From positions 121,229-185,228 of the forward strand of contig DOSG01000008.1 of the NCBI GenBank assembly GCA_003514055.1: a DNA stretch of 64,000 nucleotides, written 5' to 3'. This DNA comes from Candidatus Yanofskybacteria bacterium (GTDB taxonomy: Bacteria; Patescibacteriota; Minisyncoccia; 2-02-FULL-40-12; GWA2-44-9). How positions within the stretch are numbered: the stretch's first letter is position 1; every line of letters starts with the position of its first letter. The notes under the pieces were generated by a model. It was not told the DNA's origin. It did not search any database and saw only the letters and a program-made list of their open reading frames with translations. Positions 56,241 to 64,000 of the stretch are shown piece by piece. A program made the position numbers and the translations under genes.

Positions 56241-57650
56241 TTATTTTTCTGGCTTAAGTCGTAACTCCCTTAACTGCTTGAGGCTAATTTCTGATGGTGA
56301 ATCCATTAATAAATCCCTAGCATCTCCTGTTTTGGGGAAAGCCATTACTTCTCGAATATTTGGCTCTTGATGTAGTAAGGTTAATAATCTATCGATGCCC
56401 CAAGCTATGCCACCATGAGGCGGAGTGCCAAACCTGAAAGCTTCTAACATATGGCCGAAATTACTTTCAATTCTTTCCTTCTCAAAACCCATAATCTCGA
56501 ATACGGCCTCGAGAGCTTCGGCTTTATGATTTCTTATACTGCCGCCGCCTATCTCCCAACCATTTAAAACTATATCGTACTGAGTGGTAATTATATCGCC
56601 GACATCTTTCTTATTCATAAGATCATCCATGAATTCCGGCTGAGGCGCTGAGAAAGGATTATGAGTGAATGTCCATCCACCATTGTCTGTTTTCTCGAAG
56701 AATGGAAAATCTATAACCCAACAAAAAGATAGAAGGTTCGGATTACCTTTGTCTTTTCTCATATCCGGCCGATCAATATCATATTTCTCCATGGCATCTT
56801 TGTAGGAAATCCTAGGGAATGGAATCTCTTGTATCTCTTTTTCTGGATAAAGTTGATGAACTAAATCTATTAATAATTTCTCGTTTACCTCCATGACATC
56901 TTCTCTCTTCACGAAACTCATCTCTAAATCCATTTGAGTAAATTCTGGTTGCCTATCACCGCGAGTATCTTCATCTCTAAAACACCTAGCTATCTGGAAA
57001 TATTTTTCTATTCCCGAAGCCATCAATAGTTGCTTATACTGTTGCGGCGACTGCGGTAAGGCGAAAAATTTACCAGGATATAGCCTAGATGGCACAACGT
57101 AATCACGAGCTCCTTCAGGCGTAGACTTAGTTAATATTGGCGTCTCAACTTCTAAAAAGCCCACCTTATCTAGCCAATTACGAATAAATAAAATAAGCTC
57201 ATGCCTCTTGGTCATATTCTTAGCCATTCTCTGGCGACGCAAATCAAGATACCGATATTTCATTCTTGAATCTTCCCCTATCTCTAGACCATTAGTATCT
57301 ATAGCGAACGGAGGGGTCAAGGATTCATTTAACACTTCTAGCTCTGTGGGCTCAAACTCAACATTTCCGGTCTCGATGTCTGGATTAATCATTTTTTCTG
57401 GTCGAGCATTGACCTTCCCTTTTACCCTTATCACCCACTCTGACCTTAATTTCTGAGCCAATTCATAAACTTCTTTATTGGAAGGAACGAAAACAACCTG
57501 GATAACGCCAGATCGATCTCTGAGATCAACAAAGATAATCTTGCCGTGGTCTCTCCGAACATTGACCCAGCCCAATAGTTCAATCTCCTTTCCGACCATA
57601 TCTTTTGTCTCTTTTACGAAAATGCTCTTCATATGACGCAATTTTGCCAT
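56241..57650 (-). CDS. aspS: aspartyl-tRNA synthetase, short archaeal/eukaryote-like type
   Basis: OB anticodon-binding domain plus class II core (FRDEDTRGDRQPEFTQMD, GGGSIRNH); 469 aa. Confidence 0.85.
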   Translation of the reverse strand: MAKLRHMKSIFVKETKDMVGKEIELLGWVNVRRDHGKIIFVDLRDRSGVIQVVFVPSNKEVYELAQKLRSEWVIRVKGKVNARPEKMINPDIETGNVEFEPTELEVLNESLTPPFAIDTNGLEIGEDSRMKYRYLDLRRQRMAKNMTKRHELILFIRNWLDKVGFLEVETPILTKSTPEGARDYVVPSRLYPGKFFALPQSPQQYKQLLMASGIEKYFQIARCFRDEDTRGDRQPEFTQMDLEMSFVKREDVMEVNEKLLIDLVHQLYPEKEIQEIPFPRISYKDAMEKYDIDRPDMRKDKGNPNLLSFCWVIDFPFFEKTDNGGWTFTHNPFSAPQPEFMDDLMNKKDVGDIITTQYDIVLNGWEIGGGSIRNHKAEALEAVFEIMGFEKERIESNFGHMLEAFRFGTPPHGGIAWGIDRLLTLLHQEPNIREVMAFPKTGDARDLLMDSPSEISLKQLRELRLKPEK

Positions 57651-57752
57651 AAAAACTACCTCATCACAAGAGGAAAAGTAGGCAAAGACCGACTCGGAAT
57701 ATAGCTTGAATCAAAGAATTGATTAATCATGTAATTAATTTATAATATATAC

Positions 57753-57965
57753 ATGGCAACACATGGGATAAAATATTTTACTAAGAATATAGTCATCGCC
57801 GTTGGATTGGTCTTAGTCTGGCGGGGAGTTTGGGTTATGTTGGACTTAGTGGATCAGCGACTATTCGGGAATAATCATCTTGCCACTGCTATTATTGGCA
57901 TAATAATTGGCCTCATGTGCATCTACCTCCCCGAAAGAAATCTCAAAACTCTGGAAAGGCTCTAG
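57753..57965 (+). CDS. small two-TM protein
   Basis: 70 aa; hydrophobic helices. Confidence 0.25.
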   Translation: MATHGIKYFTKNIVIAVGLVLVWRGVWVMLDLVDQRLFGNNHLATAIIGIIIGLMCIYLPERNLKTLERL

Positions 57966-57972
57966 TCAGAAC

Positions 57973-58022
57973 AAAATGACATCATAAATATAAAACGCCC
58001 TAAACGGGCGTTTTATATTTAT
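57973..58022. terminator. perfect roughly 23-bp inverted repeat (GACATCATAAATATAAAACGCCC-TAAA-GGGCGTTTTATATTTATGATGTC)
   Basis: Read directly; between the small plus ORF and tRNA-Lys. Confidence 0.45.
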
Positions 58023-58027
58023 GATGT

Positions 58028-58100
58028 CCGCTCACCAGGATTCGAACCTGGGACCTTCTCCTTAAAAGGGAGCAGCTCTACCAACTGAGCTATGAGCGGA
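58028..58100 (-). tRNA. tRNA-Lys (anticodon TTT)
   Basis: Reverse strand reads CCGCTCA-TA-GCTC-AGTTGGTA-GAGC-T-GCTCC-CTTTTAA-GGAGA-AGGTC-CCAGG-TTCGAAT-CCTGG-TGAGCGG-A. Confidence 0.8.
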
Positions 58101-58145
58101 AATAACCACAAAATATTAGCACACAAATCAACTTTCATCAAGCAA

Positions 58146-58166
58146 AAACCCCGATATGGGGTTTTA
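58146..58166 (-). terminator. intrinsic terminator (AAAACCCC-GATA-TGGGGTTTT) downstream of ORF 58167..58547
   Basis: Hairpin with T tract on the minus strand. Confidence 0.5.
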
Positions 58167-58547
58167 TTATTCTGTCTCTAGCCCCTCCGGATGGATCATT
58201 ATTCTTTCCTCGTAGACGATTTCTCTACTCACCATGGGTATATGGAGTCTTAGCTTAAGATCGTGCTCTCGTTTATTTCGCAATATCTTATATCCTGAAC
58301 CCCAGCCATCTTCAGAGATTCCACAATCCCTGCAGACTCTCTTGGGCGGAAGAGCCGAATCGGGATTCATGGGCTGATAATCGCACTCAATTACATTTTC
58401 ATGAGGACAAACACGTTGTAGCTGAGTCACCTCTTCATTAAATCTCGCCTTCAAGATATCAATTTTCGCCTTAAGATTATTGATAGCTCTTCGTTTCTTA
58501 TGGGCATCTCTAGCTGAGATCTTGGCCATAAGTTCTTCCCCTCTCAA
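58167..58547 (-). CDS. zinc-ribbon-like hypothetical protein
   Basis: CPHENVIEC ... CRDCGISE Cys pairs; basic N-terminal coiled coil. Confidence 0.3.
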   Translation of the reverse strand: MRGEELMAKISARDAHKKRRAINNLKAKIDILKARFNEEVTQLQRVCPHENVIECDYQPMNPDSALPPKRVCRDCGISEDGWGSGYKILRNKREHDLKLRLHIPMVSREIVYEERIMIHPEGLETE

Positions 58548-58638
58548 TGAACTAAGTTATTTATACCAGAACTAATCGCAGAGACAATGGCTGTCTTCTT
58601 GTCCGACAATTGCCGGATCAAAGACAGCCATTGTTTTC

Positions 58639-59907
58639 CTAGCTAACCAACTCCTTAATCAAGCTATGTATCTGGTCAGATTTTCGATATACCAACTCTC
58701 GATCGCCGACTATGCATACGCGAACTGCGATGTAGTCGTCTAGCTCAAGTTTGAGAGTCTCAAAATATTCTTTATGAGTCTTCTTCAATGAGAACACTTC
58801 CCCGCCATCGTGATACAGTATGTCTTCGGGTGCAAAACGCCACGGACTCAATATGGGCACCACCACTACGCGCCGAGGATCAACTTTTAATGATTCCGCT
58901 ATTTTTGATTCGATAATCTCTAAGTCCTTAGGCTTTGAATAAGCCGCGAATTTCTCAAAGAATTTTCTGTCTTCACCAATAACTGTTATTTTCTTGCCGG
59001 CAATCCTTTCCTTAAATTTCATATTTCTCAGCCTTATCACCAAGCCAGACATTGGCAACTTGCGACCAATAAAAGATTGATACATGTCTCTGATCTTCTC
59101 ATTGCCGCTCAGATATAAGTGCGCCATAAGCTCGCCATCGTTCATCTTCCACAAATCATCTGGATCAATTTTTGAATCATTTAGCCAGTAGGCAATTATT
59201 TTTTGGAGGTATCTTTGGCTGATGAGTGAAGACTTGTGAAGGTATACCTGTTTAAACATGTAGGTATACAAACTCTGCACTTGTCGCGCCGCCTCTAGCG
59301 ATTTCTTGTCGATTACTAAATTGCCCTTTATAAAAGTTAGATAATTGAGCATAGTCTCGATATCTGGCTTCTGGCCAAATCCCGTGTGATAAATGTCGCG
59401 ATCGAGATAATCCAGCTTATCCATACCCATGTTTTTATCCATAACAATCTTATACAGAGGATTTTTCCTTTCAAAAAGACGCTTTACGTATTCATAATCA
59501 CCGCCGGCTTTTTCTATCTCGTCGCGGAGAAGCTTTATAACCTTGAGGCCAGTCTTGTCGTGATCAATGGTCGTAAGCTCTTCAATTAAATGTGAGAATG
59601 GTCCATGTCCAATATCATGAAGCAAACCGAACATGGCCACATTATATGCCTCATGCTGAGTTAGTACGCCATCATGCATCAATCTGTCGCACAACCTCTT
59701 GGTTTTATTATGGACGCCCATAACATGTTCAAAACGATTGTGCACTGCGCCAGGAAAAATCATTAGCGTCGTACCAAGCTGTGAGATATGCAAGAGCCGC
59801 TGAAATAGCGGATGGTTAACAAGAGAGATTATTCTTCTTACGTCTACGCTTTCGTTGGGAGGAATTCTAATATATTTTCTATAGTATTTATCTTGAGCTT
59901 TAGCCAT
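58639..59907 (-). CDS. HD-domain phosphohydrolase (dNTP triphosphohydrolase-like)
   Basis: FEHVMGVH ... LLHDIGHGPFSH HD motif pair; 422 aa. Confidence 0.65.
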   Translation of the reverse strand: MAKAQDKYYRKYIRIPPNESVDVRRIISLVNHPLFQRLLHISQLGTTLMIFPGAVHNRFEHVMGVHNKTKRLCDRLMHDGVLTQHEAYNVAMFGLLHDIGHGPFSHLIEELTTIDHDKTGLKVIKLLRDEIEKAGGDYEYVKRLFERKNPLYKIVMDKNMGMDKLDYLDRDIYHTGFGQKPDIETMLNYLTFIKGNLVIDKKSLEAARQVQSLYTYMFKQVYLHKSSLISQRYLQKIIAYWLNDSKIDPDDLWKMNDGELMAHLYLSGNEKIRDMYQSFIGRKLPMSGLVIRLRNMKFKERIAGKKITVIGEDRKFFEKFAAYSKPKDLEIIESKIAESLKVDPRRVVVVPILSPWRFAPEDILYHDGGEVFSLKKTHKEYFETLKLELDDYIAVRVCIVGDRELVYRKSDQIHSLIKELVS

Positions 59908-59986
59908 AGTGGCTTCAAATTACCACAATTAATAATAAAATAAAGCCCACGCGAATATGTGTGGGCTTTCTGTTTAATTTTGGCTA

Positions 59987-60223
59987 TCAACCTTTCAGTT
60001 CCAAGTTCTTGGCTTTTTCGAGTGCTAATAGAATTTTTGATATCAGGTCTTGCCTTGAATCGATATAACGTGGATCGAGAAGACCATTTACAATACTTCT
60101 AGCTAAAGCTCTGACTACGATAACCTCTCTCTCCGAGCTATCGCTTCTATGAACCGACTCTAGATCGGCAAGATCATAATCACCACGACAAAGAGCACAT
60201 GACATGTTTAGAGCCTCCTCCAA
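59987..60223 (-). CDS. hypothetical small protein
   Basis: 78-aa ORF upstream of the ATPase. Confidence 0.2.
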   Translation of the reverse strand: MEEALNMSCALCRGDYDLADLESVHRSDSSEREVIVVRALARSIVNGLLDPRYIDSRQDLISKILLALEKAKNLELKG

Positions 60224-60283
60224 AGAAGATCTAAGCGAATTAAACCATGACTTAGCCTTTTTGTATAGTTATCGGAAACATGG

Positions 60284-61990
60284 CTATTCTTTTTTACCTA
60301 GCCCCTTCAATAAATCTCTCAATTCTTCGACGTTAACTTCTTTCTTCTCTTGATTATGATCGCCTTTTCTAGGATCAATCTTTCTACCCTTAAAATCAAC
60401 GGGGCTAGATTGCAGAGCCGAAAGAGATGCTTCGGGTGGCCGACTAGACTGTTGGATGGGTGGTTGGCTACGATTAGGTTGATTAAGTTGACTCGACTGG
60501 ACGGACTGTTTAACTGGCTTTATCTGACTCGGAGAGCGGAAATCTCCACCTCTGCCCCCGCCGCCACGACTATCTCTTCGGTCATCTCGTTTATCATAAC
60601 CACCCGTTTGACCGCTATGTCCACGATCATCCCTCCTTGGCTCTTCTCTCTGAATCGATTGAGATTGCCGAACATCATCCTGACCTACTGGTTTACCACT
60701 TTCGGCAATCATCCATTCCGAGGTTTCTTTCTCGACTTGATCTCGTGGCCTCGTATAGACGCCTCTTGAAGCTTCTACGATCTCATTAACAAAAACTCTA
60801 TCGGGCTTTGAAAATGGTGGCAATGTAGCCGCTGAGAAAGCCTTAGAAGAGATGCCGTTGATCATTAATTTTATATAAACTGTATATTTAGCTAGATTGC
60901 CAATATCTATAGCCGTAAATTCAGGTTCAAACCATCTCTCCAAGAATTCTGCATCTTCGGCACCAACCCTAAAAGTAGCTATGGTACCAACGTTGCCGAA
61001 AACAGCATCTCTAACCGGTTCTTCCATCTGAGTTATATATTGATGGCCCATGATTAGACTTAAGTGATATTTCCTAGCCTCTGACAAAATATTAGCAAAT
61101 GATTCGGTAGCAAAGTGTTGGAATTCGTCTACGTATAGATAAAAATCTCTACGCTCACTCTCGGGTATATCAACGCGAGACATGGCCGCCAGCTGGATCT
61201 TGGTAATAAGCAGAGCACCCAAAAGTCTTGACGCGTCTTCTCCGATCTCACCCCTTGAAGCATTAACCAGCAATATCTTGCCTTCGTCCATTATCTTTCT
61301 GATGTCTAGCTTCGTTTTCGGTTGTCCGATAATGTTTCTGATTAAATTATTGGATGCAAATTGTCCAACTTTATTTTGAATAGCAGCCGTAGCTTCGGTG
61401 GCAAATTTATCAGCATACTTAGCGAATTCATCAGTCCAGAAAGATTTAACTATCGGATCTTTGATATTGGCCACAATCTCTTTACGATATTCTTTACTCG
61501 AGAGCATTCTATTGATGCCGAGCAGAGTCGAATCAGGGTATTCAAGCAATGCCAGAATAGTGTTATTTAAGATGTATTCCATTCTACCAGACCAAGCATC
61601 TACCCAAATCTTTTTAAATACACCGAGAAGACCACTAGCTATTTTGCCGCGATCATCGTAATTTACTTTCTCCATGACATTAAAAGAAATTGGATATTCT
61701 TTATCGCCAGGATTAAAAAATACTACATCTTTTATTCTCTCCTGCGGCACAAAATTCAATAGATCTAAAACTGCATCGCCGTGAGGATCAATATAGCAAA
61801 CACCGCGGCCAGCCTCTATGTCTTGGATACACATGTTCTTCATCATCTCGGACTTGCCCATACCGGTCGCTCCGATAACATACATATGCCTTCTTCTGTC
61901 GAGTGGCTTTATGCCAAATTTGACCTTCTCATTACGAAAGTTTGTTTCTCCTAGGAACACTAACTCTTTATCGTCAGAATGCTCTGCCAT
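60284..61990 (-). CDS. type IV secretion-like P-loop ATPase, ATPase half of a split gene, with low-complexity Arg/Gly/Gln-rich C-terminal tail
   Basis: Walker A GATGMGKSE, DPHGD, YLYVDEFQHF, ARKYHLSLIMGHQ. Homologous across the whole ATPase domain to residues about 400-827 of ORF 6193..8676. Confidence 0.5.
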   Translation of the reverse strand: MAEHSDDKELVFLGETNFRNEKVKFGIKPLDRRRHMYVIGATGMGKSEMMKNMCIQDIEAGRGVCYIDPHGDAVLDLLNFVPQERIKDVVFFNPGDKEYPISFNVMEKVNYDDRGKIASGLLGVFKKIWVDAWSGRMEYILNNTILALLEYPDSTLLGINRMLSSKEYRKEIVANIKDPIVKSFWTDEFAKYADKFATEATAAIQNKVGQFASNNLIRNIIGQPKTKLDIRKIMDEGKILLVNASRGEIGEDASRLLGALLITKIQLAAMSRVDIPESERRDFYLYVDEFQHFATESFANILSEARKYHLSLIMGHQYITQMEEPVRDAVFGNVGTIATFRVGAEDAEFLERWFEPEFTAIDIGNLAKYTVYIKLMINGISSKAFSAATLPPFSKPDRVFVNEIVEASRGVYTRPRDQVEKETSEWMIAESGKPVGQDDVRQSQSIQREEPRRDDRGHSGQTGGYDKRDDRRDSRGGGGRGGDFRSPSQIKPVKQSVQSSQLNQPNRSQPPIQQSSRPPEASLSALQSSPVDFKGRKIDPRKGDHNQEKKEVNVEELRDLLKGLGKKE

Positions 61991-61991
61991 T

Positions 61992-63260
61992 TTAAGCTAT
62001 TGGTAAGTTAATTGGTGGTTCGCCTTTTTTAGCCTCGATTCTCGGTAACGGAGACTCGACTCCTATGTCCGGGAAGTGATATATAGTTGCCAGCTCCTCT
62101 ACATTCAAAACGTAACTCTTGGCAGCGAACATTCTATTCTTAAACTTTTTGTAGAGCTTCACTTTCTTCTTATGTTCCATCATCGATTTAACGGGCCACT
62201 TGCCATCAGGCTTGGTATCGCCATCTATCTTGAATCCATTTAAATTTTGAGATGAGAATTGTTTGAAAGCGCCAGTTATACCAGCCGGCCTGCCCTTATT
62301 AAATTTGGGCCTTTCTGCAAAATATATAAATCTTATATTAGCAGAGAAGCCTATCTTAGCAGTGCTCTTGTCTATGGCTTTTATTTGTTCTTGTTTGCCA
62401 AACTGAAGCTGAGACATAGTCGTCTCTTTGTCATCTTTTTTCTCGGCAGGCGCACCACCAAATATGAGGCCGTCCAACCACCAAATAAATTTCGTGGACC
62501 AATGGCTATCCGCCTTTGGTTTTTTACCCATAAGCTTATCTACTTCTCCTTGGGCAGCCTTAGCCCACTTATCATCAGCAGATTTAATCAAAAGCTGAAT
62601 CGCCATGACCTCACCCGGTTGAATGATAGACAGAGATTGGGATAAAGACGAAAGAGGATCAATTCTCTTTAGATCGTCTTTGCCGGCATTATCTTCTTCA
62701 AACTCTGGATATGTCCTTATTGGGTAAGCATCTGGCTTGGTTAAGATTAACTCGCCAGCGGTTGAATCGAATTCGTCGTTAGGCATAGTGTCTGGATAAT
62801 CTGCCATATAATCAGGAACTTCGAATATTTCAGCATCTGGATATTGTGCATATATCTGAGACTCCAATAAATTACGATTCGCCTCAAGAGTTCTTATTAT
62901 AAAACGGATGTCCCCGCCAATACTCACAATCTCGAAAGAGAACCAATCGCCAACCTTCCCCTTCCAAAATCTATCTTTTGGCTTAACCGATGATCCAACC
63001 GTGTGTAGCGCCGAAAACATTTGTTCGGTAGCTTTGGGACTTTTTCTTGTCTCCTTGGGGACGCTCAATTGAAGAGTTACCCACTTCATCTTCGCAAGGA
63101 AGATCATACGATTATAGCTTTCAAATGAACCAAGAAGAATTGAGAATAAGACCACGGGCATGTATACCCACCAGAAAGAGATGAGGAAACCTAAAACGCC
63201 TATCAATAAACTAAGAATTTCTGAAGCTTGATCCATTAATTTCTCATAACTTAGGTACAC
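61992..63260 (-). CDS. N-terminal-domain half of the split T4SS-like ATPase (membrane-anchored)
   Basis: LSVPKETRKS...WFSFEIVSIGGDIRFII...YPDAEIFEV and C-terminal ...VEELATIYHFPD align with residues about 40-400 of ORF 6193..8676. Its stop abuts the start of ORF 60284..61990. Confidence 0.45.
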   Translation of the reverse strand: MYLSYEKLMDQASEILSLLIGVLGFLISFWWVYMPVVLFSILLGSFESYNRMIFLAKMKWVTLQLSVPKETRKSPKATEQMFSALHTVGSSVKPKDRFWKGKVGDWFSFEIVSIGGDIRFIIRTLEANRNLLESQIYAQYPDAEIFEVPDYMADYPDTMPNDEFDSTAGELILTKPDAYPIRTYPEFEEDNAGKDDLKRIDPLSSLSQSLSIIQPGEVMAIQLLIKSADDKWAKAAQGEVDKLMGKKPKADSHWSTKFIWWLDGLIFGGAPAEKKDDKETTMSQLQFGKQEQIKAIDKSTAKIGFSANIRFIYFAERPKFNKGRPAGITGAFKQFSSQNLNGFKIDGDTKPDGKWPVKSMMEHKKKVKLYKKFKNRMFAAKSYVLNVEELATIYHFPDIGVESPLPRIEAKKGEPPINLPIA

Positions 63261-63368
63261 TAATCGTAAAACATCTTTCTACTATAAGCAAGGAATAGAT
63301 TGACGATAATTAAACCGCCCCATCCGACAGCTGCCGGATGGGGCGGTTTAGATCAAAATAGTTTAGTT

Positions 63369-63962
63369 TTAAGCCTCCTTAAGGACATAGTGTCCATCCT
63401 CATTTTTCTTGAAAATCTTGGAATCTTGGAGATTAAGTAAAATCGTATTCTCCTTGACCATTCTAGAATCCATCACTTTGGCTACTAGAGCGGCTTTAGG
63501 CATAGGCTTACCATGATCCTTTAGTATATCCATCAGAACATCCTTTACGGTACCTGGCTTGTATCCCCACTCATTTAAAGCATACATGCCGCGTCCAACC
63601 AAGACAAACCTATTATCTTTTATTAATTCGTTATGTACAGTCTGTACATTGGCCTTCTTGGAATCAAAGCCGTAGCTATTGATAAGTTTGGCAATATCAC
63701 CAAAATGTTTCGGTAAGCTCTCCTTCTTTAAGACTAAATAGGCTTTGTCGCGAACACCTTTTGGATTTATCTCAGACCAACTTGTCAATCCAACCTGATT
63801 AAAAATATTCTGGCTGATATCTTTGTTAACGGATAGAACCAACTCAATGTGTCTGTCGTCGAGTTGCCCCGATTCAAATGCAGTCACGCCGCTTTTCTTC
63901 GCTAACTGATAGAAATCATCTCTAGAAACAACCTTGCCTGCCTTTGACAGAGTAGCTATCAA
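63369..63962 (-). CDS. HARE-HTH domain protein
   Basis: DNRFVLVGRGMYALNEWGYKPGTVKD matches the HARE-HTH signature (RF..vGRG.Y.L.EWG) seen in RNAP delta subunit N-domains and R-M associated proteins. Confidence 0.4.
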   Translation of the reverse strand: MIATLSKAGKVVSRDDFYQLAKKSGVTAFESGQLDDRHIELVLSVNKDISQNIFNQVGLTSWSEINPKGVRDKAYLVLKKESLPKHFGDIAKLINSYGFDSKKANVQTVHNELIKDNRFVLVGRGMYALNEWGYKPGTVKDVLMDILKDHGKPMPKAALVAKVMDSRMVKENTILLNLQDSKIFKKNEDGHYVLKEA

Positions 63963-64000
63963 TGAAGAGGCGGTATCTTTAAAAGCACCTAGATAATTCT

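Noticed and set aside
1-64000. CRISPR arrays
   Set aside because: No short direct repeats with regular spacing were seen anywhere. The only long repeats are the 159-bp pair and the tRNA-fragment duplication.
1-64000. Alternative genetic code (UGA recoding as in Gracilibacteria/Absconditabacteria)
   Set aside because: Many ORFs of 350-830 aa are intact under the standard code with conserved C-termini, so stop-codon reassignment is not needed.

Overview
This 64-kb window looks like a low-GC (about 38 %) reduced genome of the Patescibacteria/CPR type; that assignment is inference from gene content and composition. It uses the standard genetic code: ORFs of 776 and 827 aa have no internal stops. 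Most housekeeping genes sit on the minus strand: dnaX, mreBCD with PBP2, greA, lysS, serS, ftsQ, proS with a free-standing ybaK, rseP, frr, holB, murG, lon, an RNase-J-like beta-CASP enzyme, a Mur ligase with FemAB, ruvA, uvrB, rpsT, ftsW, mraY, a DD-carboxypeptidase and aspS.

Six observations stand out.
- Five compact GC-rich modules (about 60 % GC) interrupt intergenic spacers at about 14.7-16.4 kb, 41.1-41.8 kb, 47.88-48.18 kb, 50.2-50.85 kb and 50.87-51.99 kb. Four of them carry a near-consensus sigma70 promoter with a 17-nt spacer and a strong Shine-Dalgarno; three of those four also end in a hairpin plus T-run. The fifth (14.7-16.4 kb) carries a Cys-rich signal-peptide ORF between two perfect 159-bp direct repeats.
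- Two homologous, roughly 170-200-nt elements with several conserved sequence blocks lie in inverted orientation at about 14.92-15.12 kb and 25.68-25.85 kb. The second is positioned as a sense-strand leader of the mreB operon.
- Two paralogous loci encode type-IV-secretion-like P-loop ATPases. One copy is a fused 827-aa protein; the other is split into adjacent 422-aa and 568-aa ORFs.
- tRNA-Gln(TTG) sits next to a small GIY-YIG nuclease gene, and the pair is bracketed by a duplicated tRNA 5' fragment.
- tRNA-Lys(TTT) is followed by an accessory segment holding a zinc-ribbon protein, an HD hydrolase, the split ATPase pair and a HARE-HTH protein.
- Structured intergenic RNA candidates lie upstream of the Mur ligase gene and rpsT and downstream of ftsQ.

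Motif coordinates were read by eye and may be off by 1-2 nt. CDS coordinates follow the supplied ORF track, with internal starts chosen where the sequence supports them.
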